A stretch of 64,000 bases of DNA, taken from the NCBI GenBank assembly GCA_973895155.1, contig OZ316895.1, forward strand, positions 3,645,659 to 3,709,658, read 5' to 3'. Below the pieces are notes generated by a model, which saw only the letters and a program-made list of their open reading frames with translations, was not told the origin of the DNA and did not search any database. Made by a program: the position numbers and the translations under genes. Shown here piece after piece: positions 20,837 through 33,126 of the stretch (position 1 is its first letter; each line of letters opens with the position of its first letter). The stretch is from Marsupella aquatica (taxonomy: Eukaryota > Plantae > Marchantiophyta).

Positions 20837-22002
20837 GAATACCTATGAGGCGACGTTCCACCACATGGCTAGTTTCCGAACGAATTGATATCCGTGTTGA
20901 GGGATGTTCGACAGTAGCAGGCGGCGGTGGGGTTAGTGTCTAATCTGATGCAGAGTGGTTATTCGAGACACACATGTCCCTGTGAAATGCACCTTTGCAT
21001 TTTACGTAATCTCTCTCGCATCTAGAATCAGACCAACAAGTTTTGAGAGGAGAGTGTTGATTAGTTTAGTTTAGTTTAGTTTAGGTTCGAAAGTGTTTAC
21101 ATAAGGTTGATAGTTTAGTATGACTGCATCACGTGCCTCTTTTTGAAATTACAAACATTTTGGGAAAAAGTGACATGTGCGTCTAATGATAACTTTCGTC
21201 GTGGATATTGCCGGTGCGAAAATTTCTGTGACAAATGGTTCTGAGTTTTCATTTCGGATGTGTCTCTGAACAAGGACCCACGTTCATGTGATACTCACAA
21301 GTAATGCAAGAGGGGAGATTTCCTGGCTTCACCAACCGTTGCAGTTATTTGCCTGTAATGATCTGACTTGGTACTTCCATTCTGCATCTGGCCCACATCG
21401 AAGGAAAGTTGACTACTCTATGTTATTCATGGTTGTTGTATCTCAAATTTCCTTCCATTTCTAGAATGTGAAACTTCATCTGTTCCAGAAAAGAAACGCA
21501 CCCAACCGTAAAGGTGACACGCCTCTGTCAAGATAAATGGATAATTCCCATCAACGAAATTTCGATGCATTCAATGTACTGTGCGGTTCCTTGAAGCTGT
21601 TACAGGATGATTATCCCCAGATCCTTTTCGAGCTTATAGATTTTTCTCTCGCCAGATAGTTAATGTAAAGACCCATGCAGAATCCCAAGTGACCAATAGA
21701 AAGACCGTGAGGCTTGAAACAGTGTCCTATTTCCTTGGAATCCAGCATACATACCTGAACCAGGCCATGGTGTAACAGCTCACACCTGCTGCAAGTACAA
21801 ACTACAGAATCCCACCCCCAAATTTTACTCATTGACCATGGACAGTAACATCGATCCGTGCAAAACGAGATCTCTGTGCACTCCTATATGGCCTCTTTTC
21901 TCTGAGCATGATACAACTTGTTTGGAGCTACCAGTGCTGGGAACGTCATACGAAAGAAATTTGAGAGAGCAATGCAAAATTGAAACTACCATACTCATTC
22001 AC

Positions 22003-22256
22003 TGTGAGATCCGGAAACTGATCGAGTTTCTGAGAATATTACGGAAGACTGGCGTAACGAGCAGGAGCCCTTCAAACGTTTGAAGATTAATGTGGAAAAA
22101 TTCAGGTCCGCTGTTTCTGAAACAAGTGCACGTACTCTGACCACATCTTCCAATTCGTTTGGCCAGCCTGAGAGCAAGAGGCAAAGGTTGGATGCCCATG
22201 AGACAACAAAGAGGGACAACAGCAACACCACAGAAGTGACTGATCTGTCTCCGTAG
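22003..22256 (+). pseudogene. 3' relic of a further 2OG-oxygenase-like paralogue
   Basis: With a 1-nt frameshift it translates as CEIRK-TDRVSENITEDWRNEQEPFKRLKINVEK...SNSFGQPESKRQRLDAHETT*, homologous to CRISKTDRVF...SDQPDSKRQRLDTKET of 14079-16328. Confidence 0.75.
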
Positions 22257-24155
22257 CTCTCTACTGAGAACCAAAGAGAAGAACAATTTAGTTGAATGGT
22301 CATGTACCTTTTGCACCAATGTTATCGAGAGTCACTTGGGACGACGTTGCTGGTGTTGTTGAGAGTTCTTTATGTACAGTAATGAGCAAAATGGTCCGGT
22401 CCGGGATTGACCTTGGTCACTGAAGAAGGCGCCACTCAACTGGGTAAAACAGAACTCCATTGTTTAGTGCAAGCCCCGTGGAGGCATCTCTTTGACCATG
22501 ATCCTTCTAAAAATCAACCTCTTCCTCCAAAGGAAAAATCAACCTCTTCCCATCTATGCATTCGTGTTACGGATGAGTGCCTAGTGATTGATCACTAAAA
22601 TAGAGGGCCAAAACTTTTTGGTACTTACTGGAGAGGAACTCAAAATCTGTGCATACATATTTACCTCCTAGAATTATTTTCTACTCCAACTTCGTCACAA
22701 GAGAGAAGGAAAAAAGGTCCACAACAAGCTGGCGCTTGCATTCCATCATATAGCCCATCTCCAATGACTAATGAAGTCATCCTTGTTGGGTTTCAAGATT
22801 ATGAAGTACAGTAGATCGTGCGAGGTTAGCCAGGCCCTCCCAGGTACGACGAGAGAAAGACTGCTCTCTGTGGCAGAATTGTAAACTCATCGATCATTTC
22901 TGCAGCGAAATTCTGGAGGTTTGTCTGCCTCTCATACGTTGAACTCGCTCTGGCAAACAAACATGATTGCATTGCATCCAAAGCTGTGTAATCCCATTAG
23001 CCAGTTGCGATACGGACACACCTCCGAGAACAATTCATTCCCACCGTGAGTGATGTTCAAAGCATCACAACCATTGGAAAAGGTGAATCCCGGGGTCTAC
23101 TGACAGTGCTATTCTAAGGCATCTGCTTTGAAGCTCTGTTAGTGGTGTCAGTTTTGTTTGACATCCATATCAGTTCCTAGAAAGTCATGCATGCCAGGGG
23201 GCAATTCCGTTCTTTCCTTTCTAAAAGGCATCCATCAAATTACTTGGGATCGTCAGTTCGAACCACAGAAGTAGTTGCAGATCATCTATAAAGCACCATA
23301 ACTGTTCTATTATGTGAATGACAGAACTTGCCTCGTGAACTGCTTTTGACTAAACGGGATGAGTTACGAAAGCGTAATTCAGGAATCATGGAGCCACATA
23401 GACATTCAAGATTGGTATATCTGCATTTTTACGCAGCGGGCAAACGCAAGATCCAAAATTCAGCATCTAGATGCTTCCCATCCTTTGAAAACAGGACGTT
23501 GGGTCCACTTTTCCAACTTTATCAAACCGACATTCTTTGCCTCACGTAGCTCGACAAGAAACAGACTTTTGGAAACAATACTGAGGCATAATCAAGAGAG
23601 GGTTTTCGGTTGCAGATGCTGGACAACAACGAGAGCAGTGCAGTCAAACTGATGACTTTAGGTTGCATATTGCTGGACTGCAAACAGATCTTTAAGAAAA
23701 TGTTCTCAGATCATCAAACACGTGTAGCCCAGTAGCAAATCGCTGGACTGATACACAATTTCGCTTTCACAGTTTGAGTATATGATAACACCCCTAAAAC
23801 CAACACACGGAAAAACTCGAGGAAGTAAACGCAATGAAAAAATAATTTGATTTAAGTTGGAAATCCTAGTATTTGTCTCCCATTCCCCCACCACTCTAGC
23901 ATACTCAACGCCAAAGTTGGTACTGAAATTGGACCATTGGAACAAATGTCCTTTGGTTGAAAACTGCTGCAGTAGACTACAAATGGCATAAAGTTCTTCA
24001 ATTTCATGAAAAAAGGGTAGAGTACAAGAAGTACATGCCGATCCAATTAAGAACCGTCTCGATTATCAACTATTGGAACTGGTGCAAGCACAGGTCGCAA
24101 ATAGCCGGAGTGTCTTCGCCTACTCAGGGATGAGAAGTATCGACAAATGTACCTA

Positions 24156-25268
24156 TTAAGCACTGGCGCCAGCGATGATCTCAAGAATTTCACCGGTAAT
24201 TTTAGCTTGTCGCTGTCTGTTGTATACCACGGATAGGTTCTTCTTCAGGTCCGAAGCGTTTTCGCTGGCATTATTCATTGCATTCATCCGGGCAGCGAGC
24301 TCACTGGCAAGAGACTCCTGAAGAGCTCTAAGAATCTGACTGTTGAGGTACAGAGGTAGCAAGGCGTCCAAAATCTGGATGGGCTCTTGCTCAAACTGCA
24401 GCACGCCGGTGAATTCAGTGGTGTCAGAGCGAAAAGTTTCCCTCTCCACGGTGAACTTCCCTTCCTTGGTACTCAACCTGAACAGCTCGTCCTCAGCAGC
24501 ATCGATGCACTGCCCATTGATGTCACAGACCTCACCCTGAGGTGACAGCGGGAGCAGAGTGTGGATGATGGGGTCCGACTTGATGAGAGACAAAAACTTG
24601 GTGTACAGGAGCTCCACCTTGTCCACCTCCTCACTCACAAACAGGGAAAACAGCTCATCAGCGATGGCCTGAGCCTCCTTTGTGGTAGGAGCATTTCCAG
24701 CCTCAATGAACTTATCAGTTGGGATGTAGGGCCTCCTCTTGAAGTAGCTGTTACCCTTCTTGCCAATGCTGACCACGGTGTACTCAACTCCCAGGGCTCT
24801 CAATTCAGCCATTCTGGCCTCAGCCTTCTTCAGCACCATGTTGTTGAATCCACCACAAAGACCACGGTCACCTGTGCAGACCACCAAGGCCACTTTCTTC
24901 ACAGGCCTGATCTGAGTTAGAGGAATGTCAATGTCCTCAGTCTGCAGTTGGGTGTTAACATTAAACAGCACCTTGACCAGATTCTCCGAGAACGGACGGC
25001 CATTCACCACAGCCTCCTGAGCTCTCCTCACCTTGGCGGCAGCCACCAGCTTCATGGCATCGGTGATCTTCTGCGTGTTCTTCACAGTGGCAATGCGGTC
25101 CCTCAGGTCCTTCAGCGAGCACACTGTCACGGCCCGGCTGCTGCCCACCTTGCTCTTCAAATCACCACTCAAGTCACTCACCTCGCTGCTCCTCAGTGCC
25201 AGGGAACGGCTCGAGAGCCCCTCGAACGCCGAGACCGATGCCGCTGCCATAGCTGCCGAAGCTGCCAT
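24156..25268 (-). CDS. atpC: Chloroplast ATP synthase gamma subunit precursor, 370 aa, intronless
   Basis: Ala/Ser-rich transit peptide; LKDLRDRIATVKNTQKITDAMKLVAAAKVRRAQ, GDRGLCGGFN, thiol-switch insert VCDINGQCIDAAEDE, C-terminal YNRQRQAKITGEILEI. Confidence 0.97.
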   Translation of the reverse strand: MAASAAMAAASVSAFEGLSSRSLALRSSEVSDLSGDLKSKVGSSRAVTVCSLKDLRDRIATVKNTQKITDAMKLVAAAKVRRAQEAVVNGRPFSENLVKVLFNVNTQLQTEDIDIPLTQIRPVKKVALVVCTGDRGLCGGFNNMVLKKAEARMAELRALGVEYTVVSIGKKGNSYFKRRPYIPTDKFIEAGNAPTTKEAQAIADELFSLFVSEEVDKVELLYTKFLSLIKSDPIIHTLLPLSPQGEVCDINGQCIDAAEDELFRLSTKEGKFTVERETFRSDTTEFTGVLQFEQEPIQILDALLPLYLNSQILRALQESLASELAARMNAMNNASENASDLKKNLSVVYNRQRQAKITGEILEIIAGASA

Positions 25269-25724
25269 TTTCTCACAACAACAATCTCTCAACAACAATC
25301 ACAATCCCCTCCCCAATTCGGAGCGAATTCCTATGCCCGAAGTTCCAAACTACAACACAGCAACCCACCTCCAAATTCTGAGCTGAGCCCACTCTGAATC
25401 TCTCCAAATTGAATCAAATCTCTCTGCCTCTCTTCTCTCAGCTGGACATGGCCTCTTCCAGCTTGCAGAACTTTTGGTGGGTCGTTCGTTTCCTTCTCTC
25501 TGGTGGTGTGAGTCTGTGAGAGGGTTCCCTCTGCCCTCGCCTCGCCTCACCCCACTCGCCTAACCAAAGCAAAATCCCTCATCTTCGCTGAGTATCTGCC
25601 ACCAAGCAAAGAGGATGAGCCTCTCTTTTTGTCGCTGAAGTGGATAAACGGAACGCAAGGGAATGAGGAAAGCGGGCAACAGGGCACTCCGACGTCCACG
25701 GTTCGGGTTCCATGGAGAAACATC

Positions 25725-25772
25725 GGGTGCGATGGGGGTGCGATGGGGGTGCGATGGGGGTGCGATGGGGGT
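25725..25772. repeat. 11-bp G-rich minisatellite (GGGTGCGATGG)x4 upstream of atpC
   Basis: Units start at 25725, 25736, 25747 and 25758, giving four G5 runs separated by TGCGAT. Confidence 0.9.
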
Positions 25773-27716
25773 CCCACCATCCTACTCGTCACGGTCAAAC
25801 GGAGCTGACGGGTTACGTATCGACGGCTCAGAAGTCCCCCGAGCCCGTCGGAACCTGGTTTCTATGATCGGGGCCGTATATCTTAACCTCGAAAAGGGAA
25901 CTGGTGTGATCAAGGGTGAGATGATTTCGTTTGTGGGTTGCTTTGATTTGACTATTTGAGGGTCTTGCGATGACGTCACCATACGAATGACCTCAAACGA
26001 GGAGGAATATTCGAGAGTATTATTTAATTCTGTTCTACTTTTTTAAATACTGTTGGGTTTAAATTGATTCAGTAATCAATACTACTTTTACTTTTTTATA
26101 CAATTAAATATTCGGAAGTGAAAGTCAAGGTGGGAGAAAAATTTGATTGGATGGACCTCAGGATTTGTACTTTTGCAATCAAGATGGCCCGTGCCAAACA
26201 TTGAAAATTCTGAGGAGATACATGTTTTACACGAAATATTAAAAATATTTGTATATCAAAATTTGGCTGGCTACTGTAGATGATTATAGACTCCCATTGG
26301 AACTGTCTTCAAAATTCCTTGGGAACACGTTTTGTCACAGCAATATTGAACACAAATAGGACTCTGAGTATTTAAGTTATATTAGATTCTTTACAAGTAT
26401 TAAAGCATACACAAGGACAGGGTCCATGAACTAATTTGAGCTGGATGTTTACCCATACGATCAAAGTGTCTAGAGAGAGCATGGAATAAGCCTTCTCACA
26501 AACCTTTTTTTTCTTCATTTTTGCCAATTTTGGTCATGAAGCCTACAAAAATTTAAGATTTGCCAATTTTGATCCAAAGCCTACAAAAGGTTTAAGTTGG
26601 AGATTGTGGATCTATAATGTTTCAACCTAGGAAAAAAAATTGACAGGATGCTCCTATTGATGATGCCCCCATGGCATCTAAGATTCTCCAGCAATCACAC
26701 ATGAAGGTACAAAAACTGTAAATGATATTACTGTAGCACATTTAAATGTTTGGGGAGAGTCATATTTGGTTGGCAAAGCTCATGTGAAGACAGCCCTTAC
26801 GATGTGTTGCACTTTTGACACTTTTTTACACATATTCTTTAGTTTCAACCAAAATCCTACAGCCTCCATCGCCGACTTGACTGGTGCCCATAGAAGGAAA
26901 CCAATGGTTGTTTTGAAGGACTCCAACTTCAGAAACTGTATGCTTCAAGGCAGTTTTGACTAAGAAACTATGATGGTCTCCAGGGTTCAGCTTCCCAAAC
27001 AATCGTCTTTCCCAATGTGATCCACGAAAATAACCATGACAGCATTTGCATGGAGACTAAGTTTAGAAAACCTCGTCGATACTGAAGCAGTACACCTGGA
27101 ATACACATTCAACTTGAATTCTTCCCATCTTTTCAGACTTTTTCATTTAGTTGTCAATTCACGAGAAACGAAACAACCAGGGAAAATGCTAGATTTTATG
27201 GGAGTGAGCTCGTTAGCTCTGAGAAGATTCAACCTTGTTGGTAGCTCAAGATGGTTTGGATTTATATACTGGTCGAAGAACGGTACAGAAGTCATTTCAG
27301 CAACAAATCCAAAACCTCTTCTAATCTACACATGCTCTTCGGAGTGAAGACGAGTCCTAAAGCAGAGAGCGGAGTCATATTATTGTTAGGATTCGGAGAT
27401 CATCTCTTTACAATAGGAAGCCACAGCCGCTTCCACGAGTTCTAAGCATGTAGCAATGTGAGATGAATACCTCCACAAGGTCAAAACTGAATGTTTCATA
27501 CGAGATAAACCTACTCGTGTTACCTCGGAACAGGTCAACTGGGGCCCAGATACCGAAAGCCATGCCTGGATAAAATGTCAAGAGATCTACAGCAAACACG
27601 GCTCGTCCAGCTTCCTATCCTTTGAACAACCGCAAGACTCCTGACGGTTTTGGATGGAAAGGTGCTTACCCCCTACAACTGAATATATTCATAGATTTTA
27701 TTATGTAACTGTGCAG

Positions 27717-30700
27717 TTAGCCTGCCAGAACTCCAGCTAGGGAGTCTCGCTTTCCACGAGCAAATATTGTGTACACTAACCGGATGGCATCTACCCATCC
27801 ATCCATCGTCTCCCATGTATCTGCAATCTGTCCGAGAAATTCAAACAAGGTGTTTAGGCAGCTGACATAAAAACCGGCTTGCATGTTGACAAAAAGAGCG
27901 TTGTAGGAACTGGAGAGGAAACTAAACGAGATCTCCAAATATCCAAATGACTGAATAAATCCAACTGGGCCCCCCTGTTGCGTGGAGCAGGGAGTCGGAT
28001 GGCCGGTGGTACAGAAACTAGCTTTAGTTTTATACATTCTTGTTCCCTACAACGATTCTTATGCCGAGAAGAGAACACGAAGGTGAAGAAGGGCAGATCT
28101 TGGAAATCAGTTGAACTCACAACGTGTATACCAAGTGCATGGCTGGGGAAGGCTTTTGGTGTGGGTCATACATACCAAAAAATGATGGCCAGTTGTTGTG
28201 TCTATCCGGAAGCCACCGCCAGGAGGGAGACTCAAATCAGCAGTTGATGTCATAAAAACAATGTCTTCCATTTCTATCCTTAGGATCGGTTGCCTGAAGG
28301 ATGAATTTGAGCTGCTGCTTGCACCAAAGCCAGACGACCGTCTAGTCGGGCTCGTTGCAATTGATTTGCGGTCAACCTTCTCCATCTGCAATTTACAAAC
28401 CTTGTCTAAATACGGAAGCAGCGAAAATGAACTAATATGGCCAGCTCTCAGGTCACAAAATTTAATGCTAATCTTGGATTGGACTTGTTCGCAGTCAAAT
28501 CCAGCTGTTATTGTTATGAAACATACCTCAAACAAAGCTTCATTGTCGAGCACAAACCACAGTCTTTGCCAATCACTGTGTGGCGCAAGGGAGTCACCTA
28601 CTGGAGGAATGGTTAAGTAGCCCGCCTTCACATATGGCAAAGGTAGCTGTAGGTCACAAAGATTCAAATGAGATACTTTGCATTACGGTCAAACATGAAT
28701 TCCGAGTCAAAAGAAGACCAGCCGTTCAGTGAAACCAGAGCATTTTTTTCGACTGGGACGTACCCCTTACGCGAAAGTCACTGACAAACTTCAACAACAT
28801 TTGAGACATTCGTATTTAGAAGGATTTTGTACCAGAACCAATTCCATACAGGAAAAATAGGACAATATATTACTCACCATCGGACGCACTAGACGCAAAG
28901 CACTCCTGTAGACCTGCAATGACCAAATGATATGTACAGTCAGTCAACAAATAGATAGAATAACACGGTATGTTGCAACGGAATGCAGTCATAAAGACCA
29001 AATTCAGAGCCTCAACCTAGCATCCGTAGAGCTTTCTTGCGAAAAAGTGTGGAAAGGCTTCCAGGATTGCTCACTTATGGATCCAGAAGCTAGTGGCAAC
29101 GCATCTAGGACATGATAATTCTAGCAGAAGAGCAAAAACTGCCAAAGACCTTGATTGTGAATCACTTGGAGAAGGAAGGAGCGATCTTAACTGGATAATC
29201 AGATTTGAGTGCATGGGCAGCTGCAATGTAGATCGCAGACTGACTGTAGAGATCATTTGGTGTGGGTTCCATTGCAGAAAGCTTTCGTCCCCCTCTCACT
29301 GTATCCTCAGCTAGCCCATACTACAAAAGGCGCTACACGGTTTTGTCAGGTAGAAAACAAAACTCAAGTAAACTTACTGAACTGCATGTGAGTATAACAA
29401 GTGACCTGAATTTGAAGATTTAAGCCACTGCCCACATTGTAATGCCCGCAGTGTCACCCACGTGTGAACGTACTCTCCCGTCAGAGTGACCTAGGACATT
29501 CTAACTAGTCCATCTTTGAACGTGTTACTATAGTCAGATTTGTACATACCAGGACCGTCCCAAGATTGTAGACAGCTCGGTGAAAGTCAAAACGGAGCCG
29601 TATCGCTGAGCGGAACTGCGTTGAATTAAAATAGAAACATTTGAGACCAAAAGTCGGCATCTCACATATACAAACGTTTGTTCATAAGAAGTGTCTGGAC
29701 CTTGTTTTAGCTATTGACAAGCCATAGCATAAAATCCCACAAAGCCAATGCTGGGGTACCTTTGTGATAGCTAACTTGACGATTGCCCGCTTCTCCTTCA
29801 ATTGAACAATGGCACCAAGCTCCTGCGTTGTAACAACGGTAGTATTTGATCGCATCAGGAAAAACAAACTTACCAGATCCCGGACGTCATTACAGTCATT
29901 AGCAGAAAAACCCAATCAAAAACCGGACCCTCAGATTTGAAATTAGCGGCTTGTGTCCTCATCAATGATTGTCCACAAGTAGAGCAAAGGGCCAAATCTA
30001 AGATCGAAAAGAGTAGTAAGAGACCTGAAGAGCGAGACCCCAGTTGTTCAACGCCTGTCAACGAGAAATAGTTCAGTCAGCGATACAGCTCAGGACTTGA
30101 GTCTTTGGAGCAGAACCACATCCAGAAATTGGCAGTGCATAAGGAAAAGCAAACAAGAATAGACATTTCGCCGCCCAATACGATATTTCAGTCACACTGA
30201 ATCATCCGATACGTAGCACAAACAAAGGCAAAAACTATTAATGAGATCACAGAATCACAAGAAAAGTCAATTGTCGATAGTGCATGTCTATTGTTAAAGC
30301 AACTTATAGCTTTTGTCTAAGGTCAGCTAGTGCTAAAACCAGAAATCACCTGAGGGCTATTCCAGTTGAGCTGCACAGACTTGTCATATCTCTCACAGGC
30401 CTGCAATTCCCATTCATTGTCCATCATCTTGTTGCACCTCTACTATACTTCTGAAAGGGAGATTTTCCCATATTCTACGACAACATGAGAGCACTCTGCC
30501 TGGACTAGAGTTGAAAGAAAAACGCTGCCCAAGTTATATCAAAACAGCAACGAGCGAGAACGTCAACTCTCTCCATCTCGGAAAGCTTTCTTGTCGGCAA
30601 CGTAACAAAAATGCACAATAATGGACGATACCTGCTTCCAGAGCTCCTCCGCCTCTTTGGTCCTACCCCTGATCTTGGCCCGATCAGAGATAGCAATTGC

Positions 30701-33126
30701 CCAGTTATAAAATGCCTGCAAAATGAAGTTGGCAAATTGACAAATCAACAATTCTTAGAAACTTGTCTCACTTGCAGATCCATTCCCCTGCCTCTGTTCC
30801 TACATCGGCACGCGTCGCGGTACACCGTAGTTGGTTTTTGAGTCGGTAAAGTGGACCTTACTGTAAGCCCAAAGAGGGATTTGAGTGAATGATGTTACTC
30901 TACCATGTTAAATGAATGTCTCACACATAATACTTTAACAGCCTTGGATAACAATTCAGCAGATTCAAATTTGTGGAGTCAAACAATAGTCCAATGCATT
31001 ACCTCATGTAGCGTTGGGCAAAGTCTAGTGGCTGCTTCGTATTTTCTACAAGCTTCCTCAAGTAAAGCATCCTTTGTAGAATTCCCAGCCTCTGGCCCGG
31101 AGTTGTCAGCACTTTCCTGCATGTACCAAGACCGACGACCAGAAACAACACTTTTAGCTCATTTCAGGTGTCTTTGTTCACTCAAAGAACTGGTTGAAGA
31201 TAATAATCTGTCATATTATTGTGACTTAGACTTGTGGAAGAAGAGAAGGGATCTTTGACGCAAATCCATATACTTCCCACGCACTTCAAGGTTTTCACAG
31301 ATGAGGCGATTGACAAGAATTCAGTTGGAAATTGGGAAGGACATTACCAAAACAGTGACGAAATACTAAATTTCATCCAGAATGCCGACGGACGATAACG
31401 TTCACATAATGGATGCTCTATACAGTGAAAACATAATTACCTGTAGAACTAACGCCCAATTGTATAGAGCATCATGATCATCTGGGTTCCTTTCCACTGC
31501 TGTCGAATACCTGCATAAGATTGGCGTCAGATCTGCTACACAAGAGCCCGTGACTCACAGCACTTTACTGAGGAGAGCGAAACTGCTACAGCTCCAGGAC
31601 ATGAGAGGAGCCCTGGCTGATCACAGGGTTCGGAAAGCAGGTACATTACACTAAAGACTAGATTCCGCGTTCCGATGCACAAGAATGTCTCCATTCATCG
31701 CAGAGTCATGTAACTAAACAACCTTTGCATGACTCGATCCAAAATGAGCCAGAGCTTCTCAGAAGACATGTCTGCAAATGATGCAGAAAGTCCAGTGCCA
31801 GTTTACTCTACGGTCTGATTGTATGCAAATAAAATCAGTCATTCAATTGCTAGAATGCACCGATAGGTATCAGTACCGCTTAGCAGCAAAGGCAAGGATT
31901 CTTTGACGAGATCGTCCTTCCTCGTCTTCGGATGAAATGCCATACAGGACATCTCCCACCAAGTTCTTCCCGCCAGCGAGTCGGCCTGGATATCCTTCTG
32001 GCCTGGGCAATCACGTCCATAAATAACAAAGACTACCATCACTGGCCGTCCCAAATGGAATACCGAAATCACCCAAGTTGTATGCATAGATGACATTGCT
32101 ACCGTGAGCATTTCATGATTAGAAGTATGCAGCTAACAAACACTAGAAGTACTGGATCAAGGCAAGCGTGTGGTTGATTGCTGTTGCTCAAATTAATGAC
32201 AATTTACAGAGAGGCCACAAGGTAATCTCTTTCAAAAACCTTCGAGGGTGGAAGACCCTAATCAGGTAACTTGAATTTCATGGGGTTTCAATTGGATTCC
32301 CTTTTAAGATTTTAACAGCTTCTACTGTGAATTGAAAATTAACCATGAAAAGTAGTGAAAGATGGTTGGCTATTGAAGTGATCTTTCGATAGGATCCCAT
32401 ACACGGAATTAAAAGAAAAATGACCCAACGTCTTGTCCAAATTACCAAGAATGACCTAGCTGACCTTCAAACTCACCCATCAGATGTTCGTATACTTTGA
32501 GATCCGCTCAAAGGAGGTTTCCTATGATGCTCGACGGCTCCTCCCGGCCGTTGTCCGTCGCTGCCATTACCCACTCCCTTGCGAGGAGTGGAGACCCTCT
32601 CAGCTGCACGATCAGATGGCTGACGAGGACTCCTCACCTCTGAATCCTGATCGGGGGTCCCTATCCTATGCTGATCTCTACCTTCAGTCGGTCGTGTGAC
32701 TCTCCCATGCTCTACATGATGCAATCCGTTGATCAATGCCTCTGCCATGACCGCCTCCTTGCCGTCAGAGCGTTCCCCAATTCTGGGATCAAAATCTTCA
32801 CCTGTGGCCTCTTCAGTATGAGAAGCTCCCCCCAATCCCGACTCCAAATCCTCCACCTCCTGTTGTCTGCTGCCATTCTCTACCGCATGATCAACATCAC
32901 CTGCGACCTGTGAATCTCTTGACTCCTCAGTCCCATTGTTTGTGGTCTCTGCATCGGAGGAGGACGACACATTGATCCGCTTACCAGAGAGACTGTGCTC
33001 AGGTTGCAGTGTCACAGACAATGATGATGCCTCTAGAGCAACAATATCGATCGGATCTTCTGGAGCTGCCGCTGCTAAGTCTCCGAGAGACGTTGCCTCC
33101 GCCTCCACCTCCTCCCTCCGAGACAT
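27717..33126 (-). CDS. HLB1: HLB1 (HYPERSENSITIVE TO LATRUNCULIN B 1)-like TPR + PH-like protein, ~619 aa; exons 32477-33126, 31877-32002, 31441-31510, 31003-31116, 30632-30715, 30350-30400, 30025-30054, 29760-29822, 29550-29615, 29192-29320, 28878-28913, 28527-28646, 28176-28385, 27717-27827
   Basis: All 13 introns are GT-AG and the frame is continuous. Peptides [100 protein letters not shown] and [18 protein letters not shown] match Arabidopsis HLB1 as recalled. Confidence 0.92.

Larger units (their letters stand above)
18708..21373 (+). repeat. Segmental duplication unit A' (paralogue of 8145-10759)
   Basis: Colinear match to 8145-10759 including both non-coding flanks. Confidence 0.85.

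Noticed and set aside
24343-25397. Plus-strand ORFs antisense to atpC (and similar shadows over the F-box, 2OG-like, HLB1 and chitinase genes)
   Set aside because: Explained by codon bias of the real gene on the opposite strand; no motifs.
31723-31771. Extra HLB1 exon between exons 2 and 3
   Set aside because: It has AG/GT boundaries, but flanking exons already join into the conserved AAKR-YS sequence and inclusion breaks the frame.
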